In this document: one piece after another, positions 33,101-42,452 of the stretch
How positions within the stretch are numbered: the stretch's first letter is position 1
Layout: each line of letters opens with the position of its first letter
The notes under the pieces: generated by a model
Told to the model about the DNA's origin: nothing
Seen by the model: the letters and a program-made list of their open reading frames with translations, nothing else
Databases searched by the model: none
Program-made: the position numbers and the translations under genes
Assembly (NCBI GenBank): GCA_964421445.1
Contig: CAYQXL010000001.1
Location: 1,981 to 65,980 of the forward strand
Source: an uncultured Pseudomonadota bacterium
GTDB taxonomy: Bacteria; Desulfobacterota; Syntrophorhabdia; Syntrophorhabdales; CAYQXL01
DNA: 64,000 bases
Direction of reading: 5' to 3'

Positions 33101-35980
33101 CTTACCTCCCGTGTCGAGAGCTACGATCTGGTACGAGAGCGTCCCTTTTGCCGAAACCCAAGAGTCTGTCCTCAGGCCGGCAAGGGCGCGGGACGGCCAA
33201 AGCGTGATTCGCCTGGAAACGGTCTGGATCTCTCCGTTCGGGTCCCTGAATTCCAGTTCCGTCAGGAGTTCACGAACCTCCGGGGAGACGGGGACATCAT
33301 CAACGGTAATCCGGGCTGCTCCTGTCGTGTCAAGCTTTACATCCCTGGTTGTGAGGGATTTTGTTGTCCCTGCCGCCGGGGATGTGCGAGACCCTCTTTC
33401 TCCGTCATCGCTGGTATCATCGTCCTGCTGGTCATCTCCCCTCCGGGAGATACCAGGCTTTACGCCGCCGTTGGCGACGATAAAATCGTCGTAACTGTCG
33501 AAGGTCACCTGTTTCGGGAGAACCTGGCCTCTCAGTCTGACAGGCAGGGCCCGGGCAGGACCGCCCGAAAGATGTTCGACGGCGAGATCGATGTCGACCT
33601 GGGATGGTCTCACCAACTCACCTCCCGGTACCCGTATTGTTGCTTTCATGAGGGGTACTTTGAATTCCTCCACCCGAAAACCACCGGAAAGAAGGGGTGG
33701 CTGACGGTCCGATGGCTCCTTTCCTCCCTTCTTTTCCTTCCAGACCATGCTGACGCTGTAAGAGCCGAGCTTTGCTCCTTTCGGGACGGACCACAGGTTC
33801 TCCGCCGATCCCGTCTTTCTGTCCCAGACAAGTGGCAGGGTATATTTCTCCGACGTTCCCACATGCTCCAGGATGAGTCTTTCAGGAAGGTCCCCTTTTT
33901 CGAGACCGAGACCCTGGACAGACTCCTTCCTGATGAGATGCTTCATATGGAGGTGATCACCGGCCCGGATTAGCGTGCGGTCGAAGATAGTGTGGGCGAT
34001 GACCGCCTGACCGGAGCCTTCCGTTGTGAGGCGGAAACGGTACGGCTCGATCCCTTCGTCCCACCCTGAGTGGACGAAAGTGAGGTCGCCGTCCTTTCCT
34101 GCGAAGACAAAGAGGCCGGAGGTGATCGACTGGAGTGCATGGAGCTGGGATGAGTCATAGTGGAGATCGGAATCCTGTTTGAGGCGGCAGGAGGCCGTTT
34201 CGTCGGGGTTGGGGAGAACTGTCCGTATCTGTCCGATTCCGTTCTGGTCTGTAAGTCCCTTCCAGAGAACTTTACCGGTACAGTCCCTCACCGTTACCGA
34301 TGCGTTCTCGACCGGTCGACCGCTGTCGAGGTACGTTACCCAGACGAGAGATGATTCACGGCCCCACTTCAGGTGGGCCGAGAGATTGGTTACAAGGGCT
34401 CCTGTCGGGACGAAGAGTGATCGTTGTTTGCCGAGGAGAGACTGACCGAGGATGGCGCTCTCCAGTTCGACGACGTGGAAACCGGTCTGTTTGAGGGGAA
34501 GTCCGATCACTTCGAAAGCCTTCTGGCCACCGGGTCGGGGTATGGAGAAAGACTGTAAGCCGTGAGCACCGGCGAAGACCGACCGGGATCTCCCTGTGAC
34601 GGCCAGTTTCTTCAACCAGGCGATGATCTCGGTCTCGGTGGTCACCGCCTTCACCCGAGCAGATACGGGACCAGTTCCCTTTGTCCGATCCTCTCTCTCC
34701 GGCTGGGCCAGTCGCTTCGTCTCCGGTGTTTCGGCGCTGTCGGGACCTTCGGGACTGTCGATAACCGTATGGCCCGCCAGGTTCGGCTCGATGTTTCGTA
34801 CTGTCACAGGGAGGACGGGATCATCGTTTTCGACGATTCCGAAACGGGAGGAGAATTTCGCCAGCGGTGGATAGGGGCCGACGGAAACGGTGGAAGGAAA
34901 TTTAGCCCTGTTCGAAAGCCGCCGGCCGGCATCATCTTTAAGGGTGTCCGGGATTGTAATGACGGCGGAACTGTTCTCTGAAAAGGGCCCGGGAAATGTG
35001 GCCCGGTACACATAATCTCCGCCCTGGGGGTCAGGAACGGCTCTATATGTCCGGTTGTTGGCGACGAGTGTGATCTGTGACGCGAGGTTCTTTGACACAG
35101 GAGCGGAAAACCGGATATGGAGGGGAAGAATGGGGATGCACCCCGACTTCGGTGTTTCCTTGGGGCAGTGGATGGTTGCCGTGAAGGGCCCCCGGGTCTT
35201 GTAGGTGAAGATCTGGTCCGCTGTTGTTTTGACGCCTGACCTCGACCTGATCCCTTTTCCCCAAACGATCGTTACCGGAGATTTCGGAGGGAGAGGCCGG
35301 GCACACTGGAACACGATGACCGGTTTCTTCTCCCCGCTGCCCTGTCCGATGTATTCGGCCCGGAGAATGTCGTTCTTCACTTTTCCCTGAATGATCGTGA
35401 TGCCCACCCGTTCTTTCGTTGCGGGAAGAAAACACGAGGCGAACTGCCGGACTGTAGCTTCCTCCGGTTCACCGTTCAGAATGGCGATAAAAGCCTGATT
35501 CTCGTCTATGTCCGTACTGTCCTTGTGGGGGACCATATCGGTGACTGCCGGTCCGCCGGTGGAGAACGAAAACGATCGTCTGCCTGTGATGGGTTGTCCG
35601 GCAAGGGTCCTTGTCCCGGGGCTTATGACGAAGGAGCAATCGACACCGGCCGGAAGGTCCTTGTCGAAATCATACACCCAGGTCCGTTCGTCGAGCCACC
35701 GTCCCTTGCCGGGAAGAGGACAGGTGATGGTGAAGGGGTCGGAAGACCGGGGGTTTCCGAAAGGCACCATGGGAACAGAAAAACGGGTTGACACCTGGTG
35801 AACCTTTTTTACCTGCCCTGATGGGCTGAATGCCTCGACGAGGGCCTCCTTCGCGAAAGCGGTGTGAGGTGTGAAGGAGAGGATGAAAAAAGAGAGGATG
35901 AGGATAAAAGAGCAGGGGAGATGCGGGAATTCTCGACGACGGTATGTGATTCGGTTCTTCATGGCCACCCCCGTGAACAT
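30134..35980 (-). CDS. Bacterial alpha-2-macroglobulin (YfhM/ECAM-type) with intact thioester motif
   Basis: 1948 aa with a signal peptide (..TPHTAFA). The thioester CLEQ is present in YPFTCLEQKISKA. It is classically paired with pbpC. An alternative start at ATG 35962 (MKNRITY) is possible. Confidence 0.9.
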   Translation of the reverse strand: MFTGVAMKNRITYRRREFPHLPCSFILILSFFILSFTPHTAFAKEALVEAFSPSGQVKKVHQVSTRFSVPMVPFGNPRSSDPFTITCPLPGKGRWLDERTWVYDFDKDLPAGVDCSFVISPGTRTLAGQPITGRRSFSFSTGGPAVTDMVPHKDSTDIDENQAFIAILNGEPEEATVRQFASCFLPATKERVGITIIQGKVKNDILRAEYIGQGSGEKKPVIVFQCARPLPPKSPVTIVWGKGIRSRSGVKTTADQIFTYKTRGPFTATIHCPKETPKSGCIPILPLHIRFSAPVSKNLASQITLVANNRTYRAVPDPQGGDYVYRATFPGPFSENSSAVITIPDTLKDDAGRRLSNRAKFPSTVSVGPYPPLAKFSSRFGIVENDDPVLPVTVRNIEPNLAGHTVIDSPEGPDSAETPETKRLAQPEREDRTKGTGPVSARVKAVTTETEIIAWLKKLAVTGRSRSVFAGAHGLQSFSIPRPGGQKAFEVIGLPLKQTGFHVVELESAILGQSLLGKQRSLFVPTGALVTNLSAHLKWGRESSLVWVTYLDSGRPVENASVTVRDCTGKVLWKGLTDQNGIGQIRTVLPNPDETASCRLKQDSDLHYDSSQLHALQSITSGLFVFAGKDGDLTFVHSGWDEGIEPYRFRLTTEGSGQAVIAHTIFDRTLIRAGDHLHMKHLIRKESVQGLGLEKGDLPERLILEHVGTSEKYTLPLVWDRKTGSAENLWSVPKGAKLGSYSVSMVWKEKKGGKEPSDRQPPLLSGGFRVEEFKVPLMKATIRVPGGELVRPSQVDIDLAVEHLSGGPARALPVRLRGQVLPKQVTFDSYDDFIVANGGVKPGISRRGDDQQDDDTSDDGERGSRTSPAAGTTKSLTTRDVKLDTTGAARITVDDVPVSPEVRELLTELEFRDPNGEIQTVSRRITLWPSRALAGLRTDSWVSAKGTLSYQIVALDTGGKPLSGISVSSQIFKQDFLSHRKRLIGGFYSYEHVREIKPAVAGCSGITDNRGLLLCTMPAPGSGNFIIEGRADDGSGNISLVNEGLWISGDDEWWFDVGDGDRIDLIPEKRRYEPGEKARFQVRAPMREATVLVTVEREGILDAFVTELSGKEPVIELPVKEGYAPNIFVSVLAVRGRVKGPKPTAMFDPAKPLFKLGIAEIAVGWSAHELKVAVLPEKKTYRVRENASVKVQARTGRGEVPPAPASVTVAVVDEGLLELAQNKSWGLLERMMRKRGYSFRTSTAQSQVIGKRHYGLKALPRGGGGGKQLTRELFDTLVYWKGTVPLDSHGEATITFPLNDSITGFVVAAIATAGEQFFGTGTGTIRTHQEIVLASAIPLTVREQDRFPASFTVRNTTDKPERLTLSASVGISGTGQPPVLPPRTETIQPGEAKEMAWDITVPAHTSAITWTVTARDPSGTIRDSLKTTQTVAPLVPVRVIQSRLSQITGHSTVPVEKPKEAVEGKGGVSVTLSPSLSGSLSPVADYMNTYPFTCLEQKISKAIVSRNQKEWGPIMAELATYLDSEGFLKYFPDMARGSDILSSYVLAISHEAGIALPKNVEDRVIAALTAFVEGKTERPQPFPVPDLTIRKLAAIEALSRKGKASAKHVESIRIEPNLWPTSALLDWIGILARIPVTEKETRQKQAEQILRSRITFHGSVLTFSTDKGDSLWWLMSNTDTNSLRTILTFLTHPRWKDDMPKLVRGALARRTEGRWSTTVANAWGVEAVNKFARHFENIPLSGTTTVSLGTERSTDWNQAPKGASFDFPWPREKGTVTIRQTGRGAPWASVSSLAAIPLAAPAFAGFRVTKTLTPVDRQSPRQWTAGDVTRVRVDMEAQSDMTWVVLSDPVPSGATILGGQLGRDSSILTSGERVRGWIRPDFTERSSTAFRAYYQFVPKGKWSVEYTVRLNTAGVFGLPATRLEALYAPDMFGEIPNPLFSIHPGEKR

Positions 35981-36024
35981 TATTTTTCTCGTTTCTTTAT
36001 GAGTGCGATACGCTGATCATGATC

Positions 36025-36033
36025 ATTATACCA
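36025..36033 (-). promoter_or_regulatory. Extended -10 promoter candidate upstream of the A2M gene
   Basis: The minus strand reads TGgTATAAT, 45-60 nt upstream of the A2M start codons, in the gap after hemW. Confidence 0.4.
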
Positions 36034-36070
36034 GAGCGGCGGAAAAGAGCTTGAAATCTTTTTACCGTTT

Positions 36071-37186
36071 TCAGATGATGAGGGGGAGCTTGTCGGCGAT
36101 GAGAAGACCCCGGACCGTTGGTACAACCCGATCTTCCCGGATCCTCAGATGGCCCGACTGAACGAGTCTTTCTATCGTCTCCCGTTTCATGGCTGAGGCT
36201 GACACTTCCTCCAGGGAGACCCCTTTTTTTGTCCTCAGACCGAGAAACAGTCGTTCGAGACGGAGTTGATCTTCGCTGAGGTACTCCCGCCCTCCTCTTG
36301 GTTTTATCCCGTTCATCGCCTGGTGGCAGTACTCGTCGAAAGAGGTGACGTTCCACCATCGTGATCCGTAAAGAAACGAATGGGCTGACGGCCCGAGTCC
36401 GAGGTAGGGATGGTGTTCCCAGTAGGTGAGGTTGTGACGGCATCGTGAATCTCTGTCCCGGGCAAAGTTTGAGACCTCGTAATGTATGTATCCCCGTTGC
36501 GTGAGAAAACGGGTTGTTGTGAGGAAAAAGCGGCGGGCTGTTTCCTCGTCGACCGGCGCCATGCGGCCCCGGCTGGCCTGCCGTGCGAAGGGTGTCCTCC
36601 CTTCGAAGGTCAGTTCGTAACAGGAAATATGTGTCGGTTCACAGTCGAGGGCCGTCTCAAGGGAGTAACACCAGGACTGGATTGACTGCCCCGGAAGTCC
36701 GTAGATGAGATCGATACTCATGTTCGAAATACCGGCCGATGTCACCATCCCGATAGCTTTACGGGCCTGGAGGCTATTGTGCCGTCTCCCGAGAAACCTC
36801 AGTTCGTTGTCGTCAAATGATTGAATACCCATGCTGATTCTGTTGACCCCGAGCGATACGAAGGTCTTCAGGATGGTGTCGGTCACATCATCAGGGTTCA
36901 CTTCGACCGTGATCTCCGCGGCCCCGGAGAAGGCAAAACGCCGCCGGAGGTGACCAAAGAGAATATCCAGTTCGCGGTCCGTGAGGCAGCTCGGCGTCCC
37001 GCCGCCGACAAAGAGGGTATCAAAAACAGGGAATCCGTCGTCACAGAGAGCGGCTTCAGCGTCGATAGCCCTGAGCCAGCGGGCTGTTTCGGAAAGGTCG
37101 GTCAGGGAAAAGAAATCACAGTAGGGACATTTGGTTTTACAGAAAGGTACGTGTACGTAAAGACCGGCCCTGCTATTTTTGCTCAT
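36071..37186 (-). CDS. hemW: Radical SAM heme chaperone HemW (HemN-like, oxygen-independent coproporphyrinogen oxidase family)
   Basis: LYVHVPFCKTKCPYCDF, GGGTPS, and a size (~370 aa) typical of HemW rather than HemN. Confidence 0.85.
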   Translation of the reverse strand: MSKNSRAGLYVHVPFCKTKCPYCDFFSLTDLSETARWLRAIDAEAALCDDGFPVFDTLFVGGGTPSCLTDRELDILFGHLRRRFAFSGAAEITVEVNPDDVTDTILKTFVSLGVNRISMGIQSFDDNELRFLGRRHNSLQARKAIGMVTSAGISNMSIDLIYGLPGQSIQSWCYSLETALDCEPTHISCYELTFEGRTPFARQASRGRMAPVDEETARRFFLTTTRFLTQRGYIHYEVSNFARDRDSRCRHNLTYWEHHPYLGLGPSAHSFLYGSRWWNVTSFDEYCHQAMNGIKPRGGREYLSEDQLRLERLFLGLRTKKGVSLEEVSASAMKRETIERLVQSGHLRIREDRVVPTVRGLLIADKLPLII

Positions 37187-38972
37187 CAGCCTTGAGGACA
37201 GCGAGAAAAGCGGCCTGCGGTATCTCTACCGCTCCAAAGGTCTTCATCCGTTTCTTTCCCTTTTTCTGCTTCTCCAGAAGTTTCCTTTTTCGCGAGATGT
37301 CGCCGCCATAGCATTTTGCCGTCACATCCTTCCTGAATGGTGTGATGGTCGACCGGGATATGATTTTTCCCCCAATGGCGCCCTGGATGGCTATTTTGAA
37401 CTGGTGGCGCGGTATCTCTTCCCTGAGCCGGTCGCAGACCTTCACGGCCCTGTCCCGGGCGCGCTCCTTGTGAACGATGAGGGAGAGGGCATCAACCCGT
37501 TCACCATTGACGAGGATGTCCAGTTTCACCAGATCGCCTCTGCGGTAATCGATGATCTCGTAATCGAAAGAGCCATACCCCTGGGTGATGCTCTTGAGGC
37601 GGTCATAAAAATCGAAGATCACCTCGGACAGGGGCATGTCGAATGCGATTTCCGCCCTTCCCGGAGCGGGGTAGTGGAGGTGAGAGTTGACGCCACGCCG
37701 TTCCATACAGAGTTTCATAACGACGCCGACAAACCGGTCGGGAACAATGATAGACGCCCTGATGAAAGGTTCTTCGCCGTAATCGATTGTTGTGGGATCG
37801 GGATAGTTGACAGGGTTGTCGATAATCTCTGTTGTTCCGTCGGCCAGATGGAAACGGTACTGGACACTGGGAGATGTCATGAGGATGGCCTGATCGAATT
37901 CCCGTTCCAGCCGTTCCTGAACAATTTCCAGGTGAAGCAGTCCAAGAAAACCGCACCGGAACCCGAGCCCCAGTGCTGCCGACGAGTCTTTCTGGTAGAC
38001 CAGGGCGGCATCGTTGAGGGTGTATTTCTCCAGTGCCTCCTGGAGGGAGTCATATTCATCCGATTCGATAGGGTAGATCGATGAAAAAACCACGGGCTTG
38101 ACATCGAGGAATCCGGGAAGAATCTCCGATGCCGGGTTCGTTTCCAGGGTGATCGTGGCCCCGATCCGTGTATCGCTCACCGTCTTGATGCCTGCTATAA
38201 GATATCCCACATCGCCGGCTTTCAGATGCTGGCGGGACTCGCGGGAGAGGCGGAAGATGCCCACCTCTTCCACCTTATACACAGAGTTGTTGTTCATGAG
38301 ACGAATCTGGTCGCCTGGTTTGACCGTACCGTCGAAGAGGCGGCAACTGACAATAACCCCCCGGAACGGATCGTACTGGGCGTCAAAAATGAGTGCCTTG
38401 AGGGGCTTGGTCTCGTCGCCTGAGGGGGGAGGGATCCGTTCGACGACAGCCCGGAAGATCTCGTCGATCCCCTTTCCTTCCTTGGCAGAACAGAGGAGGG
38501 CCGAGTCGGCATCCAGTCCCAGTTCCTGCCGTATCTCTTCCTTTACCGATTCAATGTCTGCCGAAGGCAGGTCTATTTTGTTGATGACGGGGATAATGAC
38601 CAGGTCATGCTCCATTGCTGCGTAGAGATTGGCCAGGGTCTGAGCCTGAACCCCCTGCGAGGCGTCAATAAGAAGCAGTACGCCTTCACAGGAAGCAAGA
38701 GCCCGGGAGACTTCGTACGAAAAATCGACGTGGCCCGGTGTATCGATGAGATTGAGCGAGTATCGTTCACCTTCCGGCGAGATATAGGGAAGGTTGATGG
38801 TCTGACTCTTTATGGTGATTCCCCGTTCCCGCTCGATGTCCATGCTGTCGAGAATCTGGTCCCGGAACTCACGGGCCTCGACAACGTGGACGTGCTGGAT
38901 CAGCCTGTCGGCGAGGGTCGACTTGCCGTGATCGATGTGGGCGATAATGCTGAAATTACGGATCTCTTTCAT
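37173..38972 (-). CDS. lepA: Translation elongation factor 4 (LepA)
   Basis: IRNFSIIAHIDHGKSTLADRL, DTPGHVDF, NKID, and a LepA C-terminal domain. It overlaps hemW by 14 nt. Confidence 0.95.
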   Translation of the reverse strand: MKEIRNFSIIAHIDHGKSTLADRLIQHVHVVEAREFRDQILDSMDIERERGITIKSQTINLPYISPEGERYSLNLIDTPGHVDFSYEVSRALASCEGVLLLIDASQGVQAQTLANLYAAMEHDLVIIPVINKIDLPSADIESVKEEIRQELGLDADSALLCSAKEGKGIDEIFRAVVERIPPPSGDETKPLKALIFDAQYDPFRGVIVSCRLFDGTVKPGDQIRLMNNNSVYKVEEVGIFRLSRESRQHLKAGDVGYLIAGIKTVSDTRIGATITLETNPASEILPGFLDVKPVVFSSIYPIESDEYDSLQEALEKYTLNDAALVYQKDSSAALGLGFRCGFLGLLHLEIVQERLEREFDQAILMTSPSVQYRFHLADGTTEIIDNPVNYPDPTTIDYGEEPFIRASIIVPDRFVGVVMKLCMERRGVNSHLHYPAPGRAEIAFDMPLSEVIFDFYDRLKSITQGYGSFDYEIIDYRRGDLVKLDILVNGERVDALSLIVHKERARDRAVKVCDRLREEIPRHQFKIAIQGAIGGKIISRSTITPFRKDVTAKCYGGDISRKRKLLEKQKKGKKRMKTFGAVEIPQAAFLAVLKADEQK

Positions 38973-39145
38973 AACGCCCCATCTATTTACCTCACTTGAG
39001 CGTCAGAGGCAAATGTTTTCGTCAATCTCCTCTCTGGCGGAGAGGGGTAAACCCCTCTTCCCCGATCGGTTCCCCTGTTTTTTTATGTGCAAACAAAGGA
39101 GATTTTATCATACAATACGGTCACAGAACGGAAAAAGAGGTGCCT

Positions 39146-39883
39146 ATGAGTGGAGAGGGAAAAGTTGTAGTGATTACCGGAGCCGGTCAGGGGATCGGTG
39201 AGGCGACGGCACGTGTCTTTGGGGAGCGGGGAGCAACGCTCATTCTCCTCGACAAGAACCGAAAAACTCTCCCTGGTGTGGCAAAGAGACTGGAAGAAGA
39301 GGGGGTCACCGTATATCCCTACATCATTGACCTGACACGGACGAAAGAGCTGGAAGCCCTGATTGAAGACGTGAAGGGAAAGTGGGACGTCGATGTTCTC
39401 ATCAACAACGCCGGCTTTGACAGGCCCGGTGTGTCGGCAAAGACGGGCAGAACCGATTTTACTGCAGTTCTCGGCATTCATCTGACCGTGCCCTTTCTCC
39501 TGAGCAAATGGCTCCTCCCTCCGATGCGCCGGAAACGGTGGGGACGGATTGTCAACATAAGCTCCGTTTATGGCCTTCAGGGGGCGAAAGGTGAAGTTGC
39601 CTATTCGGCTGCCAAGGCAGCGATCATAGGGCTGACAAAGACTCTTGCCCGGGAAGGGGGGCCGGATGGTGTCACGGTGAACGCCATAGCTCCCGGGCTT
39701 ATCAGAACGCCGCCGATGATCAGGATGGCTGACAAATATAAAGATCCTATTGTTGCCCAGACAGTTCTCGGAAGGATGGGCGAGCCAAGGGAGATTGCTA
39801 CGGTGGCTGCCTTTCTGGCGTCAGACGATGCGTCGTATGTTTCGGGAACGACGATCACCGTTGCCGGCGGCTGGGGGATGTAG
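39146..39883 (+). CDS. Short-chain dehydrogenase/reductase (FabG-like)
   Basis: The start is set at MSGEGKVVVITGAGQGIG (AAGAGG upstream). The NNAG and YSAAKAA (YxxxK) motifs are present. The track ORF starts at 38996. Confidence 0.85.
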   Translation: MSGEGKVVVITGAGQGIGEATARVFGERGATLILLDKNRKTLPGVAKRLEEEGVTVYPYIIDLTRTKELEALIEDVKGKWDVDVLINNAGFDRPGVSAKTGRTDFTAVLGIHLTVPFLLSKWLLPPMRRKRWGRIVNISSVYGLQGAKGEVAYSAAKAAIIGLTKTLAREGGPDGVTVNAIAPGLIRTPPMIRMADKYKDPIVAQTVLGRMGEPREIATVAAFLASDDASYVSGTTITVAGGWGM

Positions 39884-39936
39884 GGCCTCTCTGTTGACAG
39901 AACCGACCCAAGGGCTTAGAGTCGGGAGACAAGGAG

Positions 39937-40509
39937 GTGTCCATGAGACGGTTCGTTATGGTGTTTACTGTTGTTGTTCTCATTCTCTGGGCGTGGAGCG
40001 TTATACCTTCACAGGCGGACGACGAAGGAATCACGACAGTGATCATGGTTCGCCATGCCGAGGAAGACAGAACGAAAGAAGAGATTCCTCTCACTGACGG
40101 CGGGCGGAAACGGGCTCTCGAACTAGCCAGAGTCCTTGAAAAGGTCAATATTTCAGTGATTTATGCGACGCCGACGGCGAGAGCCAAGGAGACGGCAGGC
40201 CCTCTGGCCAGGAAGAAGGGGCTTCCCATCAGGGAATATAACTATAATGGTTACGGCGAGCTCCCCGGTGTAACGGCGTCGTTTCTCAAGGAGCATAAGG
40301 GCAAGGTTGTCTTTATTGCCGGTCATTCGGATGACGTACCTATGATGTCGGCCATCATGAGCCGGCAGATAGGGCCGGGGAAGGAGATTCAGTTCATGAA
40401 TAAAGGTATTTACGATACCCTGATCATTCTCTCTGTCCCCGACAAAGGAACGGCTACTGTCCTTGAACTGAAATACGGCGAACCCTCAGTTCCCGTTGCC
40501 GCTAAATGA
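39937..40509 (+). CDS. Secreted histidine phosphatase family protein (SixA/PGAM-like)
   Basis: It has a signal peptide, an RHAEE (RHG-type) motif and a GHSD motif. Confidence 0.7.
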   Translation: MSMRRFVMVFTVVVLILWAWSVIPSQADDEGITTVIMVRHAEEDRTKEEIPLTDGGRKRALELARVLEKVNISVIYATPTARAKETAGPLARKKGLPIREYNYNGYGELPGVTASFLKEHKGKVVFIAGHSDDVPMMSAIMSRQIGPGKEIQFMNKGIYDTLIILSVPDKGTATVLELKYGEPSVPVAAK

Positions 40510-41011
40510 AACGTTCGAAACGGAGTTTCTCGGCGTGGCATACGGGGCAGGTTTCAGGCGGAGCGTTCCGGGCACAAAGATAACCACAGACTCCGCACCG
40601 CCAGACCGGGTGGGAAAGGGGCCCGTTTATCGACACTGTCAGCGTGTGTTCCCCAACGGTCCTGAACTCTTTTGGCGGACGTCGTTCCGGGATGGGGCCG
40701 ACCCCTCTTTCACCGTTCGCCACAAAAGAGGATACATAGAGGGCGCAGTAACAGGCCCCGAATTCGGCGAGGTCCTGGTCGCGGTAACTGCAGGGACATA
40801 TGATGTCCCGATCCTCGTCCTCATTCCCTGATGCGAGTCTGCAGGGACAGGATCTGTAGCCGTACCGTACCCCGTTTTCATAAAGTCCCCTGACCAACTC
40901 CTCCGTGAACGATTTGTCGGGGTTTATCACGTAGCCTGACGCCCTGGCTCTCTCTGTGATCTGGGCGAGTAATCGGGCCATATCGTCCATGTCGGTTGTA
41001 TTCCTGTTCAT
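40502..41011 (-). CDS. Ferredoxin:thioredoxin-reductase-like catalytic subunit fused to a C-terminal rubredoxin-like domain
   Basis: CPCR...CPC...CYC (the FTR catalytic Cys pattern, with Tyr where plant-type FTR has CHC). It is followed by WRCGVCGY...CPVCHA (CxxC...CxxC). Confidence 0.75.
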   Translation of the reverse strand: MNRNTTDMDDMARLLAQITERARASGYVINPDKSFTEELVRGLYENGVRYGYRSCPCRLASGNEDEDRDIICPCSYRDQDLAEFGACYCALYVSSFVANGERGVGPIPERRPPKEFRTVGEHTLTVSINGPLSHPVWRCGVCGYLCARNAPPETCPVCHAEKLRFERFI

Positions 41012-41286
41012 CGCCCCAGAGCCTCCCGTATCCTTGGTTCGTCGAATCCGATTATACAGGTTTCACCCTCCACAACGAGAGACGGAAAAGAACACTTTGG
41101 GTTGTATCTCTTCAATGTTTCGAGTGCTACAGTCCTTTCGTCGTCTTTCAGAAGGTCAACATCGACGTAATCGTACCCAACATTCAGGGTTTGGAGCAGT
41201 TTTTTGGTCATTTTGCACCATATGCAGGTACTCAATGTGTAGAGGACCAATGATCCCCCTTCCTCTCCGTCTACGTGCTGAATCAT
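41008..41286 (-). CDS. Glutaredoxin-like / NrdH-like small redoxin
   Basis: 92 aa with VLYTLSTCIWCKMTKKLL (CxxC) and a C-terminal FPSLVVEG block. It overlaps the FTR-like gene by 4 nt. Confidence 0.75.
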   Translation of the reverse strand: MIQHVDGEEGGSLVLYTLSTCIWCKMTKKLLQTLNVGYDYVDVDLLKDDERTVALETLKRYNPKCSFPSLVVEGETCIIGFDEPRIREALGR

Positions 41287-41323
41287 TGTCCGCCTCCTTT
41301 TTTCTGTCTGGTAAACCGGTTGA

Positions 41324-42268
41324 TCATACGTGATTTCTCAGCATCAGTTCCATGGGATGGGGCGAAAGGTATGTCTGTCTCATGAGATAGGGCTCATTGT
41401 ATTTCCGCACGTAGTGCCGGATGAGGGTTATGGGGACGACGAGCGGTACGAGTCCTTTGCGATACGTCTCAATAATCTCGGTGAGTTCCTGTTTTTCGTC
41501 CCCTGAAAGGACCTTTTTGAAGTACCCGGCCATGTGGGTGAGGACGTTCGTATTTTTTCGCGCAGTGGCCTGGAGCTTCATCCCTGCCATCATGAGCGAG
41601 AGATAGGCAGCGTAGACATCACCGTCGAAGTTTTTCGCTCCTGCGACAAGCCTGCCCATGGCCGTGTAGTGTTTCGGGCTATGAGAAAGGAGGAGGAGCT
41701 TCTGATCCGTATGAAACTCGACAAGGCCCTGGAGGGAATACCCCTTTTGCGTAAAATCCTGCCATCTCCTGTAAATAAAGACCCGTTCGATAAAGTTTTC
41801 CCTCAGCACACTGTCGTGGAGTCGCCCGTCATCTTCGGCAGGAAGGAGGGGGAATCTCTTCATCAATGCGGCGGCAAAGATACCGATTCCTGTGTGGCTG
41901 GGCATCCCTGATTCATTGTAGACTTTGACCGATTGCATCCCTGAACTGGGGGAGCGGCTCTTGAAGATAAAGCCGGAGAGATTCTCGTCCACCAACCCTT
42001 TGAGCCGCGTCTCAGCCCATTCTTTCATGCCTTCCGTGTGATCGATATTGGTCCGGACTGTTACGAGCCTTGGATCGGCCGGGTTTCCAACGAGTCTCAG
42101 GGCCTCCCGGGGTATGGGTAACCCGTACTCGACCTCAGGACATACGGGGACGTAATCGAAGTAGACGGAAAGCGTATCCGTTACGTACCGGTCCCGTTGA
42201 TGCCCGCCGTCATACCGTACTTTTTCCCCGAGGAGACATTTGCTCACGCCGATCTTCATCTTTTCCAT
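41324..42268 (-). CDS. DUF523 (TudS-like) + DUF1722 fusion protein (YbgA-like)
   Basis: MKIGVSKCLLGEKVRYDGGH is a DUF523 N-terminus. The C-terminal half matches the YbgA/DUF1722 pattern (HYTAMGRLVA, HMAGYFK). The start is set at ATG 42268, after GGAGGGAGGA; the track start is 42283. Confidence 0.65.
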   Translation of the reverse strand: MEKMKIGVSKCLLGEKVRYDGGHQRDRYVTDTLSVYFDYVPVCPEVEYGLPIPREALRLVGNPADPRLVTVRTNIDHTEGMKEWAETRLKGLVDENLSGFIFKSRSPSSGMQSVKVYNESGMPSHTGIGIFAAALMKRFPLLPAEDDGRLHDSVLRENFIERVFIYRRWQDFTQKGYSLQGLVEFHTDQKLLLLSHSPKHYTAMGRLVAGAKNFDGDVYAAYLSLMMAGMKLQATARKNTNVLTHMAGYFKKVLSGDEKQELTEIIETYRKGLVPLVVPITLIRHYVRKYNEPYLMRQTYLSPHPMELMLRNHV

Positions 42269-42452
42269 TGGTCCTCCCTCCATCTTCGTTGTGCCACCAT
42301 CCTCTGTCTATTATCTCCGGCGCTGGGACGAATGTAAAGAGGCTTTCATGGGGCCCGCCGTCCGATAATGCCAGACGGGGGGTCACTCGGGGCGCCGTCT
42401 GTGGTAGTATAATAGCTGTTCCGAGATGAACGCTGCTGTATAGGGGTGATCT

